Origin: an uncultured Gammaproteobacteria bacterium
GTDB taxonomy: Bacteria > Pseudomonadota > Gammaproteobacteria > HK1
Assembly: GCA_958295835.1 (NCBI GenBank)
Contig: OY282378.1
Location: forward strand, 2,627,694 to 2,691,693
DNA length: 64,000 nucleotides
Direction: 5' to 3'
The notes beneath the pieces were generated by a model. The model was given only the letters and a program-made list of their open reading frames with translations. It was not told the origin of the DNA and did no database searches. The translations under genes and the position numbers were made by a program. This document shows, piece after piece, positions 19,081 to 31,037 of this stretch (position 1 is the stretch's first letter; every line of letters begins with the position of its first letter).

Positions 19081-19386
19081 ATGGCAAAGCGCTCGGTAGT
19101 GAATCGAGAAGCGAAACGAAGAAAGCTCATCGCGAAGTATGCGGCGAGGCGTAAGGCTCTCAAGGATGTCATCCACAACCTGGAAACCGAATACGACGAG
19201 CGGGAGGATGCGCAGAGGAGGCTCAATGCGTTACCGCGAAATTCCTGTCCGGTTCGAGCCCGGAGTAGATGTCGATTGACAGGACGCCCACATGCATACT
19301 ATCGCAAATTCGGACTTGGCAGAAATAAATTGCGAGAGACGGCAATGAGCGGCGATGTTCCCGGATTGGTGAAGGCGAGCTGGTAG
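19081..19386 (+). CDS. rpsN: 30S ribosomal protein S14 (long, non-zinc form)
   Basis: 101 aa; RCRLTGRP...PGLVKASW. Confidence 0.99.
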   Translation: MAKRSVVNREAKRRKLIAKYAARRKALKDVIHNLETEYDEREDAQRRLNALPRNSCPVRARSRCRLTGRPHAYYRKFGLGRNKLRETAMSGDVPGLVKASW

Positions 19387-19416
19387 AACAAAGCTTCGAA
19401 GCGAGGTACGATCTCA

Positions 19417-19812
19417 ATGAGCATGCAGGATCCAATCGCGGATATGCTGACGCGCATTCGAAACGGCCAAGGCGCGGGAAAGGCACGGATCATGATGCCG
19501 ATGTCGAAGCAGAAGTCGGCGATCGCCGACGTGCTGAAGCAACAGGGTTATATCCGGGAGTTTTCGGTAGAGGAGATGGAAGGTAAATCGCAGCTTGCGA
19601 TTCTGTTACGATATTTCGAGGGGAAGCCCGTCATAGAGATGTTGAAGCGAGTCAGCAGACCGGGACTCAGGGTCTACAAGCGGAAGGATGAGCTGCCGAC
19701 GGTGATGGACGGACTCGGAGTCGCGATTATCTCGACATCGAAGGGATTGATGACGGATCGCCAAGCTCGGGCGGGTGGGCATGGCGGCGAGGTCGTTTGC
19801 ATCGTCGCGTAA
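19417..19812 (+). CDS. rpsH: 30S ribosomal protein S8
   Basis: [12 protein letters not shown]...SRPGLRVY. Confidence 0.99.
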   Translation: MSMQDPIADMLTRIRNGQGAGKARIMMPMSKQKSAIADVLKQQGYIREFSVEEMEGKSQLAILLRYFEGKPVIEMLKRVSRPGLRVYKRKDELPTVMDGLGVAIISTSKGLMTDRQARAGGHGGEVVCIVA

Positions 19813-19828
19813 TGCCGGGGACGTAGAA

Positions 19829-20371
19829 ATGTCAAGAATCGCGAAGATGCCGATCAGTATTCCCGCTGGCGTGGATGTAGCAGTTGGGGCGGGAGAAATT
19901 TCGGTAAAGGGGCCAAGAGGTGAGCTTCGGATGTGTATTCATGCATCCGTCGACGTGGCCCAGGAGAACGGAGTTGTGACATGCCGGCCCGGAAGTGATG
20001 CAGCCGGTGGGTTTGCGCAAGCGGGAACCGCTCGATCGCTGATAGCGAACATGGTGACGGGTGTCTGCGATGGCTTCGAGAAGGAGTTGCAGCTCGTAGG
20101 GGTGGGATATCGGGCTCGAATGCAAGGTGGTGTTTTGAATTTGTCGCTGGGATTTTCGCACTCGATCGAGTATCGGTGTCCCGAGGATATATTCATTGAG
20201 ACTCCGAGCCAGACTCGGATTGTCGTGCGGGGGGCTGACAAACAGCGAGTAGGGCAGACTGCGGCGGAGATTAGAGCATACAGACCACCGGAGCCGTACA
20301 AGGGCAAGGGTGTCAAGTATGCCGGCGAGAATATTGGCAGAAAGGAAGCGAAGAAGAAGCAGAAGCAGTAG
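19829..20371 (+). CDS. rplF: 50S ribosomal protein L6
   Basis: MSRIAK...GVGYRA...PEPYKGKG. Confidence 0.99.
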   Translation: MSRIAKMPISIPAGVDVAVGAGEISVKGPRGELRMCIHASVDVAQENGVVTCRPGSDAAGGFAQAGTARSLIANMVTGVCDGFEKELQLVGVGYRARMQGGVLNLSLGFSHSIEYRCPEDIFIETPSQTRIVVRGADKQRVGQTAAEIRAYRPPEPYKGKGVKYAGENIGRKEAKKKQKQ

Positions 20372-20375
20372 GGAC

Positions 20376-20735
20376 ATGACCAGAGATCGAAAATCAGCCC
20401 GCGTCAGGCGAGCCACACGGACTCGGAAACATATCCGGGAGTTGAGGGTTCCGAGGTTGTGCGTCCATCGCACGCCTCGGCATATCTATGCTCAGGTGTT
20501 CTCCCCCGACGGTGCGATGACCGTAGCGAGTGCGTCGACGGTGGAGAAGGATGTGCGAAGCGAGATTGTGTATGGGGGAAATTGTGCGGCGGCGGCAATA
20601 GTAGGGAGAGTTATTGCGGAACGGGCTATGCGCGCTGGGGTGGAGCGGGTGGCATTCGACCGTTCGGGGTTCAAGTTTCACGGTAGAGTGAAGGCACTGG
20701 CGGACGCTGCGCGAGAAGCTGGGTTGATATTCTGA
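20376..20735 (+). CDS. rplR: 50S ribosomal protein L18
   Basis: HIYAQV...[21 protein letters not shown]. Confidence 0.99.
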   Translation: MTRDRKSARVRRATRTRKHIRELRVPRLCVHRTPRHIYAQVFSPDGAMTVASASTVEKDVRSEIVYGGNCAAAAIVGRVIAERAMRAGVERVAFDRSGFKFHGRVKALADAAREAGLIF

Positions 20736-20788
20736 CCAAGTTGGAGTTGTGCATGACATCATCAATTACCAATCGAGAGTTCTAGACG

Positions 20789-21295
20789 ATGGCGGGATAT
20801 CAAAGTTCCGGAAGCGAAGACGATCTCCTGGAGAAGTTGGTGGCGATCAATCGTGTCGCGAAAGTCGTGAAGGGCGGTCGGCTGTTCGGTTTCACGGCGC
20901 TGACCGTAGTTGGTGACGGGAAGGGGCGGGTTGGAATGGGCCGAGGCAAGGCGAGGGAGGTGCCTGCTGCGATCCAGAAAGCGATGGAGAGTGCACGCCG
21001 CAATCTGGTGAAGGTGCCGCTGGATGGCGGAACCTTGCAGTACCCGGTCATGGCTCGCCACGGGGCAGCGCGGGTCTACATGCATCCGGCGTCCGAAGGT
21101 ACAGGAATCATTGCCGGTGGACCGATGCGTGCCGTATTCGAAGTCCTCGGGGTCAAGGACGTGCTTGCGAAATGTATTGGGTCCAACAACCCCATCAATG
21201 TCATTCGAGCCACAATCGATGGGCTTGAACAAATGCGCTCGGCGGAACAGATTGCCGCGAAGCGCGGACTGGCCGTCAAGGAGCTTCGAGGTTGA
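20789..21295 (+). CDS. rpsE: 30S ribosomal protein S5
   Basis: [11 protein letters not shown]...GTGIIAGG. Confidence 0.99.
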   Translation: MAGYQSSGSEDDLLEKLVAINRVAKVVKGGRLFGFTALTVVGDGKGRVGMGRGKAREVPAAIQKAMESARRNLVKVPLDGGTLQYPVMARHGAARVYMHPASEGTGIIAGGPMRAVFEVLGVKDVLAKCIGSNNPINVIRATIDGLEQMRSAEQIAAKRGLAVKELRG

Positions 21296-21298
21296 ACG

Positions 21299-21496
21299 AT
21301 GAAGACCGGCGAACCCAGCAGGAAGATCAAGGTCACATTGAAGAAGAGCGTACATGGTCGCTTGGCGAGCCATCGTGCGTGCGCGCGCGGCCTTGGGCTG
21401 CGGCGGATGCATCACAGCGCGGTGGTCGAGGACACACCCTGTACACGTGGCATGATCAACAAAGTGGCCTATCTCCTTGAGGTCGAGGAGCTCTAG
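21299..21496 (+). CDS. rpmD: 50S ribosomal protein L30
   Basis: GLGLRR...RGMINKV. Confidence 0.98.
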   Translation: MKTGEPSRKIKVTLKKSVHGRLASHRACARGLGLRRMHHSAVVEDTPCTRGMINKVAYLLEVEEL

Positions 21497-21498
21497 AG

Positions 21499-21933
21499 GT
21501 GCGATTGAACGACATCAAGCCCGCCGCTGGAGCGAAGCGTGCGCGAAAACGTCGCGGGCGGGGCGCAGGATCAGGTCTGGGCAAGACCGGCGGGCGTGGG
21601 CAGAAGGGGCAGAAGTCCCGAGCGGGTGGTGGCGTACGCAGGGGGTTTGAAGGCGGCCAAATGCCATTGCAGCGCAGGCTGCCCAAATTCGGATTCTCGT
21701 CACGGAAGTCGTTGGTGCGCGAGGATGTCCGGATCGGTACGCTCGAGAAGCTTGCCGACGTTACTGTGACCCCTGCTTCACTGCGAACCGCCGGCGTGAT
21801 CGCGAAGAACGCGAAAAACGTGAAGCTCTTCGGAGAAGGCCGGTTGAGCCGCGCATACACGATATGCGGTGTCCCGGTAACGAAGGGCGCACGCGCCGCG
21901 ATCGAAGCGGGTGGTGGAAGGGTCGAGGACTGA
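21499..21933 (+). CDS. rplO: 50S ribosomal protein L15
   Basis: [19 protein letters not shown]...FEGGQMPL. Confidence 0.99.
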   Translation: MRLNDIKPAAGAKRARKRRGRGAGSGLGKTGGRGQKGQKSRAGGGVRRGFEGGQMPLQRRLPKFGFSSRKSLVREDVRIGTLEKLADVTVTPASLRTAGVIAKNAKNVKLFGEGRLSRAYTICGVPVTKGARAAIEAGGGRVED

Positions 21934-21939
21934 CCGGTC

Positions 21940-23292
21940 GTGGCAAAGCGCCAATTGCAACCCCGTACGCCGTCAGCGGCCGGAGCGTCGATCGAGCTCA
22001 AGCAGCGTCTGCTGTTCGTTCTTGGTGCGCTGGTGGTATTCAGGATCGGTACGTTCATTCCCGTGCCGGGTATCGATCCGGTTGCTCTTGAGATCCTGTT
22101 CGATCAGCAGAGGGGAACGATCCTCGACATGTTCAACATGTTCTCCGGAGGCGCGCTCGAACGGTTTTCAATCTTCGCGATCGGCATCATGCCGTATATC
22201 TCGGCGTCCATCATCATGCAGCTCCTGACACACGTCGACCCGCGCTTGAAGGAGCTTCGTAAAGAGGGAGAAGCGGGCCGGCGGAAGATTACGCGATACA
22301 CACGATACGGCACCGTGGCGCTTGCACTGTTTCAATCCCTTGGGGTGGCGATTGCCCTTGAAGCGCAGCAGGCGGGTGCCCTGCCCGTGGTCGTCGATCC
22401 GGGTTGGAGTTTCCGCATTACGGCGGTGACTACCCTGGTCGCCGGCACGATATTCCTGATGTGGCTTGGGGAACAAGTAAGTGAGCGCGGAATCGGCAAT
22501 GGTATATCCATCATCATTTTCGCGGGAATCGTAGCAGGACTGCCTTCGGCGATCGGCGGTACGCTGGAGCTGGCCAGGACCGGCGAGCTGCACGTCATCA
22601 TGGTGCTCGTGCTGCTCGCGCTTGCGCTCGCGGTAACGGGATTCGTCGTGTTCGTCGAACGGGGACAGCGCCGAATCACTGTCAACTATGCACGTCGACA
22701 AGTGGGACGCAGGGTTTACGCCGGCCAGAGCAGCCACTTGCCGTTGAAGCTGAACATGGCCGGCGTGATCCCTCCAATTTTCGCATCGAGTATCATTCTC
22801 TTTCCGGGGACGCTTGCCGGCTGGTTCGGCAGCGCCGAGGGCATGACGTGGCTGAGGGATTTGTCGACCACGATGCAACCCGGTCAGCCGATCTATGTGA
22901 TGTTGTATGCCGCAGCGATTATATTTTTCTGTTTCTTCTATACCGCTTTGGTATTCGACCCGAAGGAGACGGCGGACAATCTGCGCAAATCCGGCGCGTT
23001 CATTCCGGGTCGACGTCCCGGCGAGCAGACGGCGCGCTACATTGACGGTGTAATGACGCGACTCACCGTATTCGGAGCTGGCTACATCGCGCTGGTTTGC
23101 CTGCTTCCTGAATTCATGATCGTGAGCTGGAACGTGCCGTTCTACTTCGGCGGGACTTCGCTCCTCATCATTGTTGTCGTGACGATGGATTTCATGTCAC
23201 AAGTGCAGTCGCATTTGATGTCGCACCAATATGAGGGATTGCTGAAGAAGGCCAACCTGAAAGGGTATGGGCGTGCGGGCGTACCACGATGA
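21940..23292 (+). CDS. secY: Preprotein translocase subunit SecY
   Basis: [31 protein letters not shown]. Confidence 0.99.
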   Translation: MAKRQLQPRTPSAAGASIELKQRLLFVLGALVVFRIGTFIPVPGIDPVALEILFDQQRGTILDMFNMFSGGALERFSIFAIGIMPYISASIIMQLLTHVDPRLKELRKEGEAGRRKITRYTRYGTVALALFQSLGVAIALEAQQAGALPVVVDPGWSFRITAVTTLVAGTIFLMWLGEQVSERGIGNGISIIIFAGIVAGLPSAIGGTLELARTGELHVIMVLVLLALALAVTGFVVFVERGQRRITVNYARRQVGRRVYAGQSSHLPLKLNMAGVIPPIFASSIILFPGTLAGWFGSAEGMTWLRDLSTTMQPGQPIYVMLYAAAIIFFCFFYTALVFDPKETADNLRKSGAFIPGRRPGEQTARYIDGVMTRLTVFGAGYIALVCLLPEFMIVSWNVPFYFGGTSLLIIVVVTMDFMSQVQSHLMSHQYEGLLKKANLKGYGRAGVPR

Positions 23293-23311
23293 CGCCCCGA
23301 GGGGATTCCGT

Positions 23312-23425
23312 ATGAAGGTTCGAGCGTCGGTCAAGCGGCTGTGCCGGAATTGCAAGGTGGTTCGTCGCAAGGGAACGGTGCGTGTCATTTGCAAGGACGC
23401 GCGACACAAGCAGAGGCAAGGTTGA
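23312..23425 (+). CDS. rpmJ: 50S ribosomal protein L36 (zinc-ribbon form; below ORF-track cut-off)
   Basis: Manual translation [37 protein letters not shown]. Confidence 0.98.
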   Translation: MKVRASVKRLCRNCKVVRRKGTVRVICKDARHKQRQG

Positions 23426-23482
23426 GTGACACGGGGACGGACCCGCGTCTACGCTTCGGCCGAATAACGAGGGCTAGTCGCC

Positions 23483-23839
23483 ATGGCGCGTATTGCTGGA
23501 GTCAATATTCCTGATCGGAAGCATGTATGGGTCGCCTTGACGCATATATATGGAGTGGGCCGAACCCGTGCATTCGAGATATGTGGCGCGACCGGGGTCA
23601 GTCCGGAGGTGGCCGTCCGCAACTTGACTGACGCTGAGCTTGATGCACTCCGCGGAGAGGTCGCGAAGGGAGTTACCGAAGGTGATCTGCGTCGGGAAGT
23701 TTCGATGAGCGTCAAACGATTGATGGATCTCGGGTGTTACCGGGGCATTCGGCATCGCCGTGGATTGCCTGTACGAGGCCAGCGCACCCACACCAACGCC
23801 CGCACCAGGAAGGGTCCGCGCAGACCCATAAAGCGATAG
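23483..23839 (+). CDS. rpsM: 30S ribosomal protein S13
   Basis: MARIAGV...[18 protein letters not shown]. Confidence 0.99.
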   Translation: MARIAGVNIPDRKHVWVALTHIYGVGRTRAFEICGATGVSPEVAVRNLTDAELDALRGEVAKGVTEGDLRREVSMSVKRLMDLGCYRGIRHRRGLPVRGQRTHTNARTRKGPRRPIKR

Positions 23840-23855
23840 AACCCAGGACACCACG

Positions 23856-24245
23856 GTGGCAAAGACGAAAACACGAACGAAGAAGAAGATCCGTCGCACG
23901 ATCAGCGACGGGATTGCCCATGTACATGCGTCGTTCAACAACACTGTGATCACAATCACCGATCGACAGGGCAACGCGCTCGCATGGTCGACTGCAGGGG
24001 CGAGCGGATTCAAGGGATCTCGCAAGAGTACTCCTTTCGCAGCTCAGATCGCGGCTGCGAAAGCCTGCGAGGCAGCGGCGGAGTATGGCTTGAAGAATCT
24101 GGAAGTGATGGTGAAGGGACCAGGGCCAGGAAGAGAGTCGGCGGTGCGCGCGTTGAACAACGCGGGGTTCAAAATCACAAGCATCTCGGATGTCACGCCG
24201 ATACCACATAACGGGTGTCGTGCACCGAAGAAACGGCGCGTGTGA
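23856..24245 (+). CDS. rpsK: 30S ribosomal protein S11
   Basis: ASFNNT...KSTPFAA...[11 protein letters not shown]. Confidence 0.99.
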   Translation: MAKTKTRTKKKIRRTISDGIAHVHASFNNTVITITDRQGNALAWSTAGASGFKGSRKSTPFAAQIAAAKACEAAAEYGLKNLEVMVKGPGPGRESAVRALNNAGFKITSISDVTPIPHNGCRAPKKRRV

Positions 24246-24264
24246 GGCAGATCCGGAGACGGTA

Positions 24265-24888
24265 ATGGCAAGATATACGGGACCGCGGTGTCGTCTGAGC
24301 CGGCGTGAAGGCATGGATCTCATGCTTACGAGTCGGACTCGTCCACTCGATTCGAAGTGCAAGCTGGATGCGCCTCCGGGCCAGCATGGCGTGCGGCGCC
24401 AACGGCGAATGTCCGATTATGCTTTGCAGTTGAGAGAGAAGCAGAAACTGCGAAGAATTTATGGCGTACTGGAACGTCAATTTCACAACTACTACAAGGA
24501 AGCGGCGAGACGGAAGGGAGCTACGGGCGAAAATCTTCTTCGTCTTCTCGAGTGCAGGCTGGACAACGTCGTATATCGAATGGGTTTTGGCTCGACCCGG
24601 GCCGAGTCTCGGCAGCTTGTCAGCCACAAGTCGGTTCTGGTCAACGGGCGATGTGTAAATGTCCCTTCATATCAGGTAAGCCTGTCGGATGTCGTCTCGA
24701 TTCGAGAGAAGGCACGCAGGCAGCAGCGGATTCAGGATTCGCTTGCACTTACCGAACAGTACGGATTTCCAGGATGGGTCGAGGTAGATACGGGAAGAAT
24801 GGAGGGCGTGTTGAAAACCATGCCCGATCGCGAGGATCTTCCGCCTGACATCAATGAGCAACTCGTGGTCGAGCTCTACTCCAAGTAA
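24265..24888 (+). CDS. rpsD: 30S ribosomal protein S4
   Basis: MARYTGP...[11 protein letters not shown]...VELYSK. Confidence 0.99.
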   Translation: MARYTGPRCRLSRREGMDLMLTSRTRPLDSKCKLDAPPGQHGVRRQRRMSDYALQLREKQKLRRIYGVLERQFHNYYKEAARRKGATGENLLRLLECRLDNVVYRMGFGSTRAESRQLVSHKSVLVNGRCVNVPSYQVSLSDVVSIREKARRQQRIQDSLALTEQYGFPGWVEVDTGRMEGVLKTMPDREDLPPDINEQLVVELYSK

Positions 24889-24911
24889 CCGGCGAGCAGG
24901 GAGAGAATTTG

Positions 24912-25907
24912 ATGCAGGCGAGCGCCACCCAACTGTTGAAGCCCAATATCGTCGAGGTTCGGGAGATCGGGGCGAATACCGCGAAGATTGTTCTCGAACC
25001 TCTGGATCGGGGTTTCGGTCATACGCTAGGCAACGCGATGCGTCGCGTCCTTCTCTCGTCCATGCCCGGTTGTGCAGTCACGGAAGTGGAAATCGACGGT
25101 GTGCTCCATGAATATACGACTATTGAAGGTGTACAAGAAGACGTAACAGAGATCCTCTTGAATCTCAAGGGTCTGGACGTTTGCATGCATGCGCGGCAGG
25201 AATCCGTCCTGACGTTGAACAAGAAGGGGCCTTGCGCAGTCTACGCGAGTGACATCGTTCTTGACCATGATGTGGAGGTCGTCAACCCCGATCACTTCAT
25301 CGCGCGCCTCACCAAGGAAGGCGAGCTGAACATGGCGATGAAGGTCGAGCTGGGTCGAGGTTATCAGCCGGCAGCAGCACGAATGTCGGAAGAGGGCGAC
25401 CGGCCAATCAGCAAGCTGTTCATCGACGCGTCGTTCAGCCCGGTCCGCCGTGTGTCGTACGTCGTCGAAACTGCGAGAGTGGAGCAGCGTACGGACCTTG
25501 ACAAATTGATCGTGGAGATAGAGACGAACGGTACCGTCGACGCGGAAGATGCAATTCGGCACGCGGCCCGTCTGCTGCAGGAGCAGCTTTCGGTCTTCGT
25601 CGACCTGAGTGGGAGGCAGGAGGATTCTCCATCCTATGTCGAATCCGAGATTGAGCCGATCCTGCTGCGGCCAGTCGATGATCTCGAGCTCACGGTGCGT
25701 TCGGCGAATTGCTTGAAGGCGGAGAGTATCTATTACGTTGGTGACTTGTTGCAACGTACGGAGGTCGAATTGCTGAAGACACCGAATCTCGGGAAGAAGT
25801 CACTTACGGAGATCAAGGACATCTTGGCATCGAAGGGGCTCTCGCTCGGAATGCGGATCGAAAATTGGCCGCCTCCGGGACTCTATGGACAAGGTCGGGA
25901 CCGATAG
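24912..25907 (+). CDS. rpoA: RNA polymerase alpha subunit
   Basis: [30 protein letters not shown]. Confidence 0.99.
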   Translation: MQASATQLLKPNIVEVREIGANTAKIVLEPLDRGFGHTLGNAMRRVLLSSMPGCAVTEVEIDGVLHEYTTIEGVQEDVTEILLNLKGLDVCMHARQESVLTLNKKGPCAVYASDIVLDHDVEVVNPDHFIARLTKEGELNMAMKVELGRGYQPAAARMSEEGDRPISKLFIDASFSPVRRVSYVVETARVEQRTDLDKLIVEIETNGTVDAEDAIRHAARLLQEQLSVFVDLSGRQEDSPSYVESEIEPILLRPVDDLELTVRSANCLKAESIYYVGDLLQRTEVELLKTPNLGKKSLTEIKDILASKGLSLGMRIENWPPPGLYGQGRDR

Positions 25908-25964
25908 TCTCCTCTTCCTCCATGTGGTCCGGCACGCTATAGAGTCAGTACTGGGAGGAACCTC

Positions 25965-26351
25965 ATGCGACATCGAAAGTCGGGCCGGCATCTCAATAGA
26001 AGTCGGAGTCATTACCATGCGATGTTTCGCAACATGTCGGCTTCGCTTGTAAGGCACGAACTGATCAGAACGACATTGCCGAAGGCGAAGGAGTTGCGAC
26101 GAATCGTCGAACCACTGATCACCAGGGCAAAAGTCGACACCGTTGCCAATCGCAGAATTGCCTTTGCCCGGCTGCGGGACCAGGGGTGTGTCGCGAAGCT
26201 GTTTGCAGAGCTTGGCCCGCGTTACCGAGTGCGGCCCGGTGGGTATGTTCGAATCATCAAATCCGGTTATCGTGCAGGTGACAAGGCGCCAATGGCCCAC
26301 GTCGAGCTGGTTGATCGGCAGACGCTCGACGATGTTGCGGCGGTGGACTGA
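25965..26351 (+). CDS. rplQ: 50S ribosomal protein L17
   Basis: MRHRKSGR...TTLPKAKE...RPGGY. Confidence 0.99.
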   Translation: MRHRKSGRHLNRSRSHYHAMFRNMSASLVRHELIRTTLPKAKELRRIVEPLITRAKVDTVANRRIAFARLRDQGCVAKLFAELGPRYRVRPGGYVRIIKSGYRAGDKAPMAHVELVDRQTLDDVAAVD

Positions 26352-26372
26352 TCCCGCAGGTCCATGAGAAGC

Positions 26373-26414
26373 CCGCCGGTCGGCGATCGTGGACAAGACG
26401 TTTGATACCGGCGG
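26373..26414. terminator. Hairpin between convergent rplQ and gatB
   Basis: CCGCCGGT...ACCGGCGG inverted repeat; no clear U-tract. Confidence 0.35.
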
Positions 26415-26416
26415 TG

Positions 26417-27844
26417 TCAGAGTTTGCGACGAAGAGCCTGATTGACCTGTTCCGGGTTGGCCTGCCCGCGCGTCATTTTCATAATCTGTCCGACGAAGAA
26501 CCCTAGAATCTTCTCTTTTCCTGCCCGAAACTGCTGGACTTGCGCTGGATGCGCCGTGATGACTTGATCGACGAGCGCGTCGATAGCCTTCGCATCTGAA
26601 ATTTGAGAGAGACCCCGTTCTTCAATTATGGAATCCGGATCGCCGTCGCCGCGCCAAACCGCATCGAACACCTTTTTTGCCATCCTGCCCGACAGGGTAC
26701 CGTCGACGATGCGGACAATGAGGGTGGCGAGGTCACCGGATCCGATTGGACAGTGCGAGATTTCCAGGCCCGCCCGGTGCAGTGCCGCCGCGAGATCGCC
26801 GGTAATCCAGTTGGCAGCGAGCCTTGGCTGTCCGGAAGCTCTGGCAACCGCCTCGTAGTAGTCGGCGGTGTCGCGGCTTGCGGTGAGCCGCCGGGCGTCG
26901 TGCTCTCCGAGCTCGTAGTCCGACCGGAATCGTTGCATCTTTGCGGTTGGGAGCTCCGGAAGCTCAGCGCGAATGCGGTCAACGTACTCGGTGCTTAGCT
27001 CGACGGGCAGGAGGTCCGGATCCGGGAAGTACCGGTAGTCTTTCGCTTCTTCTTTGCCTCGCATGGCACGGGTTTCATTGGCCACCGCATCGTAGAGCCT
27101 CGTTTCCTGGACGATCGTGCCATTGTTCTCCAGTGTCTCGATTTGACGCTCGATCTCGTACGTGATGGCGCGTCCGACGAATCGGAACGAGTTGAGGTTC
27201 TTGATCTCCGTACGTGTGCCGAGTGTGGTGTCTCCCGGTCGTCGTACCGACACATTCGCGTCGCATCGGAAGGAGCCCTCCTCCATGTTGCCGTCGCAGA
27301 TGCCGAGATAACGCACCAGCGAATGGATAGCGCGCATGTATGCCGTCGCTTCGCGGGCCGAGCGCATGTCGGGCTCCGAGACGATCTCCAATAGTGGTAT
27401 CCCGGCACGATTGAGGTCCACCCCGGTCTCGCCTGGAAAGATGTCGTGCGCCGATTTCCCTGCGTCTTCCTCAAGGTGAGCGCGAGTGATGCCGATCCGC
27501 TTCGTCGAGCCGTCATCGAGCTCGATGTCCACCTCTCCCCGCTCCACGACGGGAAGCTCGTACTGGCTGATCTGGTATCCCTTGGGAAGATCCGGATAGA
27601 AGTAGTTCTTGCGTGCAAACACCGAGCGGGACGCGATTTTGGCGCTCGTGGCAAGGCCGAACATCACTGCCATGCGCAACACTTCAGCGTTGAGCACCGG
27701 CAGCACACCGGGGAGCCCCAGATCGATGGCGCACGCCTGCCGGTTCGGTTCGGCGCCGACGGTGGCCGGTGCGCCGGAAAAGATCTTGCTCCGAGTGGCG
27801 AGCTGTGCATGGATCTCAAGTCCTATTACCGCTTCCCACGCCAT
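26417..27844 (-). CDS. gatB: Asp/Glu-tRNA amidotransferase subunit B
   Basis: [43 protein letters not shown]. Confidence 0.99.
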   Translation of the reverse strand: MAWEAVIGLEIHAQLATRSKIFSGAPATVGAEPNRQACAIDLGLPGVLPVLNAEVLRMAVMFGLATSAKIASRSVFARKNYFYPDLPKGYQISQYELPVVERGEVDIELDDGSTKRIGITRAHLEEDAGKSAHDIFPGETGVDLNRAGIPLLEIVSEPDMRSAREATAYMRAIHSLVRYLGICDGNMEEGSFRCDANVSVRRPGDTTLGTRTEIKNLNSFRFVGRAITYEIERQIETLENNGTIVQETRLYDAVANETRAMRGKEEAKDYRYFPDPDLLPVELSTEYVDRIRAELPELPTAKMQRFRSDYELGEHDARRLTASRDTADYYEAVARASGQPRLAANWITGDLAAALHRAGLEISHCPIGSGDLATLIVRIVDGTLSGRMAKKVFDAVWRGDGDPDSIIEERGLSQISDAKAIDALVDQVITAHPAQVQQFRAGKEKILGFFVGQIMKMTRGQANPEQVNQALRRKL

Positions 27845-27887
27845 CGTTCGGATCCCTCGTATGTCGAGCCCTTGGGCCGCAACATCG

Positions 27888-29342
27888 CTAGCCGAACCGC
27901 GCGGGACGGTTCAGGTGCCAGTCGGTGGCCTGCTGGTATCGATGCGCGACGGTGAGCAGCAGGTCTTCTCGAAAGTGGTTTCCCATCAGGTGCAGTCCGG
28001 CCGGGAGGCCGCGCGCGAATCCCGCTGGCGCCGACAGTGCCGGAAGACCTGCGAGATTGATGCCGCTGGTGTAGATGTCGCACAGGTACATCGCAACCGG
28101 ATCGTCCATCTTCTCCCCGATGGGGAACGCGGTGAACGGCGACGTCGGCCCCACGATGAGATCGACCTGATCGAAAGCCCGTGCGAAGTCGGCGCTGATC
28201 AGACGCCGTGCCTGTTGCGCCTTCAGATAGTACGCATCGTAGTAACCTGCCGACAGCACGTAGGTGCCGATCATGATTCGACGCTTGACCTCGTCGCCGA
28301 ACCCCTCGCTACGGCTGCGCTTGTACAGATCCTCCATATCAATCGGGTGCGCCGCGCGATGCCCGAAGCGAACGCCGTCGTAGCGCGAAAGGTTCGAGGA
28401 CGCTTCGGCGGGGGCGACCACGTAGTACACCGGGATGGAAAGCGCACTGTTCGGCAGCGATACATCCACGAGTGTCGCTCCGAGTCGCTCGAGCTCGACA
28501 ATCGCATCTTCGACGAGCCTTCCAACCTCCGGGTCGAGCCCGTCGCCGAACTGCTCCTTCACGACCCCGATGCGCACCCCTGACAGATCGGACTCGAGTG
28601 CGCCCGGATAGTCGCCCACCGGCTGGTCCGCCGAGGTGGAATCGGCAGGATCGTGTCCGGCGATCGTGCCGAGCGCCAGTGCGATGTCCTCGGCGCTCCG
28701 GGCCAGGATCCCGGCCTGATCGAGACTCGATGCGAATGCCACCATGCCGAATCTCGAGACCCGGCCGTAGGTCGGCTTGAGTCCGGTCAGACCGGTGAGA
28801 GCGGCCGGTTGCCGAATCGAACCTCCGGTTTCGGTACCCGTGGCAATGGGTGCGAGACCGGCCGCAACGGCGGCGGCGGACCCCCCGGACGATCCGCCGG
28901 GAACACGAGTCGTATCCCATGGGTTGCGTGCAGGGCCGTACCAACTCGTCTGGTTGGACGATCCCATGGCAAATTCGTCCATGTTCGTCTTTCCCAGCAT
29001 TACCGTTCCACCGGCGCGAAAGCGGTCGACGACCGTCGCGTCGTATGGTGCGATGAAGGTATCCAGCATTCGAGAGCCGCACGACGTCCGCACGCCCCGC
29101 GTGCAGAAGATATCCTTGTGCGCGACGGGAATCCCGAGTAACGGGTTGTCCTCGCCCGCCCGCCGACGTTCGTCCGCCCGGGCCGCGTCGGCCAGCGCGA
29201 TATCGCCGGTGACGGTGATGAACGAATTCAGGGTCGGGTCGTGTGCCGCGACACGATCGAGGAAGTGCGTCGTGAGCTCTACGCTCGAGAATTCCTTTCG
29301 CCGTAGCGCGTTGCCGAGAGCGGAAACGGATAGCGTGTGCAT
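27888..29342 (-). CDS. gatA: Asp/Glu-tRNA amidotransferase subunit A
   Basis: Amidase signature [31 protein letters not shown]. Confidence 0.99.
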   Translation of the reverse strand: MHTLSVSALGNALRRKEFSSVELTTHFLDRVAAHDPTLNSFITVTGDIALADAARADERRRAGEDNPLLGIPVAHKDIFCTRGVRTSCGSRMLDTFIAPYDATVVDRFRAGGTVMLGKTNMDEFAMGSSNQTSWYGPARNPWDTTRVPGGSSGGSAAAVAAGLAPIATGTETGGSIRQPAALTGLTGLKPTYGRVSRFGMVAFASSLDQAGILARSAEDIALALGTIAGHDPADSTSADQPVGDYPGALESDLSGVRIGVVKEQFGDGLDPEVGRLVEDAIVELERLGATLVDVSLPNSALSIPVYYVVAPAEASSNLSRYDGVRFGHRAAHPIDMEDLYKRSRSEGFGDEVKRRIMIGTYVLSAGYYDAYYLKAQQARRLISADFARAFDQVDLIVGPTSPFTAFPIGEKMDDPVAMYLCDIYTSGINLAGLPALSAPAGFARGLPAGLHLMGNHFREDLLLTVAHRYQQATDWHLNRPARFG

Positions 29343-29419
29343 GGATGCGAATCGACGGTCCGGTGAAGCGATGTGCGTTCGGGGGGACCGATGTGCGCCG
29401 ATCGTGTCTGGCGGGATGG

Positions 29420-29707
29420 CTACTCGATGACCTTGGGGACGATGTACAGTCCGCCCCGCACCGCAGGGGCGTTTGCCTGGTACTCCTCCCGGCGATCCTG
29501 CTCGGTGACGGCGTCGGCGCGAAGCGGCTGGGTCATGTCGAGGGGGTGGGCCATCGGGATGACACCGCTGGTGTCGACCGCGTTCATCTGTTCGATGAAC
29601 GCCAGAATTGCGGACAGCTCGCCGGCGTACCGTTGAACGTCATCCCCGGAGAGATGCAGGCGCGCGAGGTGAGCGATGTTCAGAATGCTTCCGGATTCGA
29701 GTGACAT
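29420..29707 (-). CDS. gatC: Asp/Glu-tRNA amidotransferase subunit C
   Basis: IAHLARL...LRAD...VPKVIE. Confidence 0.97.
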   Translation of the reverse strand: MSLESGSILNIAHLARLHLSGDDVQRYAGELSAILAFIEQMNAVDTSGVIPMAHPLDMTQPLRADAVTEQDRREEYQANAPAVRGGLYIVPKVIE

Positions 29708-29751
29708 CTTTGGGTCAAACCTCAAAAAAGCGGCTTAACTGCTTAGATTGC

Positions 29752-29900
29752 TTGATGATGTCTGCGCGGTCCTGTTACAGTCCATCCGTTGCCCAAAGGC
29801 GTTTTGACGATTGCCGGACCGCGGCCGGCCGCGGAGCTCGACATCTGCCCTCGGGGGAAGAGCGGACCTGATTATACTGGGCATCCCTTGCCACTGGTAA
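29752..29900. promoter_or_regulatory. Candidate promoters in the gatC/mreB intergenic region
   Basis: + strand TTGATG-18 bp-TACAGT with extended TG; - strand TATAAT (29871-29876) with TTACCA 18 bp upstream. Confidence 0.4.
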
Positions 29901-29924
29901 CCGACTCTCGGAATCGGATCGTTC

Positions 29925-30971
29925 ATGTTCAAGCGTCTCAGGGGGCTGTTCTCCAATGATCTCTCGATCGATCTCGGCACTGCCAACACTCTGGTGTACG
30001 CCCGTGGCACGGGCATCGTGCTCAACGAGCCGTCTGTCGTAGCCATCCGTCAGGGGCACGGCCATGGGAGTGGCAAGAGCATTGCGGCGGTCGGCAAAGC
30101 CGCAAAAAACATGCTGGGACGTACACCGGGCAGCATCCAGGCTATCCGGCCACTGAAGGACGGCGTGATCGCCGACTTCACGGTGACCGAGAAGATGTTG
30201 CAGCATTTCATTCACAAGGCGCATGAGAACCGGTTCTTGCGTCCAAGTCCGAGAGTGCTGGTCTGCGTTCCGTGCGGCTCCACCCAGGTCGAGCGCCGTG
30301 CAATTCGCGAGTCCGCTTCCGGCGCTGGAGCGCGCGAGGTGTATCTCATCGAAGAACCGATGGCGGCTGCGATCGGGGCCGGGATGCCGGTGAGCGATGC
30401 CTGCGGCTCCATGGTGCTGGATGTCGGCGGCGGCACCACCGAGGTCGCGGTGATCTCGCTCAACGGCATCGTCTACTCCGAGTCGGTTCGGATCGGCGGG
30501 GATCGATTCGACGAATCGGTGATCAGCTACGTCCGCCGCAACTACGGCACGGTCATCGGCGAGGCGACGGCGGAACAGATCAAGCACCAGATCGGTTCGG
30601 CCTATCCAGCCAACGAGGTCAGGGAAATCGAGGTGCGGGGTCGGAACCTGGCGGAAGGAATCCCGCGCAGCTTCGTACTCAACAGCAATGAGATCCTCGA
30701 TTCGCTGCAGGAGGCATTGTCCGGCATCGTGAGCGCGGTGAAGGCTGCGTTGGAGCAGACACCGCCGGAGCTCGGAGCCGATGTCGCGGAACGCGGCATG
30801 GTGCTCACGGGTGGTGGCGCCTTGCTCAAGGATCTCGACCGGTTGTTGATGGAAGAGACCGGCATCCCCGTCATTATTGCCGAAGATCCCCTCACATGTG
30901 TTGCCCGCGGCGGGGGGCGGGCGCTCGAAATGGTCGACGAGAAAGGCATTGACATCTTTGCGGCCGAGTGA
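29925..30971 (+). CDS. mreB: Rod shape protein MreB
   Basis: [24 protein letters not shown]. Confidence 0.99.
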   Translation: MFKRLRGLFSNDLSIDLGTANTLVYARGTGIVLNEPSVVAIRQGHGHGSGKSIAAVGKAAKNMLGRTPGSIQAIRPLKDGVIADFTVTEKMLQHFIHKAHENRFLRPSPRVLVCVPCGSTQVERRAIRESASGAGAREVYLIEEPMAAAIGAGMPVSDACGSMVLDVGGGTTEVAVISLNGIVYSESVRIGGDRFDESVISYVRRNYGTVIGEATAEQIKHQIGSAYPANEVREIEVRGRNLAEGIPRSFVLNSNEILDSLQEALSGIVSAVKAALEQTPPELGADVAERGMVLTGGGALLKDLDRLLMEETGIPVIIAEDPLTCVARGGGRALEMVDEKGIDIFAAE

Positions 30972-31037
30972 CTCGACGAGTACGAGCGAACGGTCGATCC
31001 GGCGGTACGGAGAAGGAACATCAAGTCGATAGCGCCA

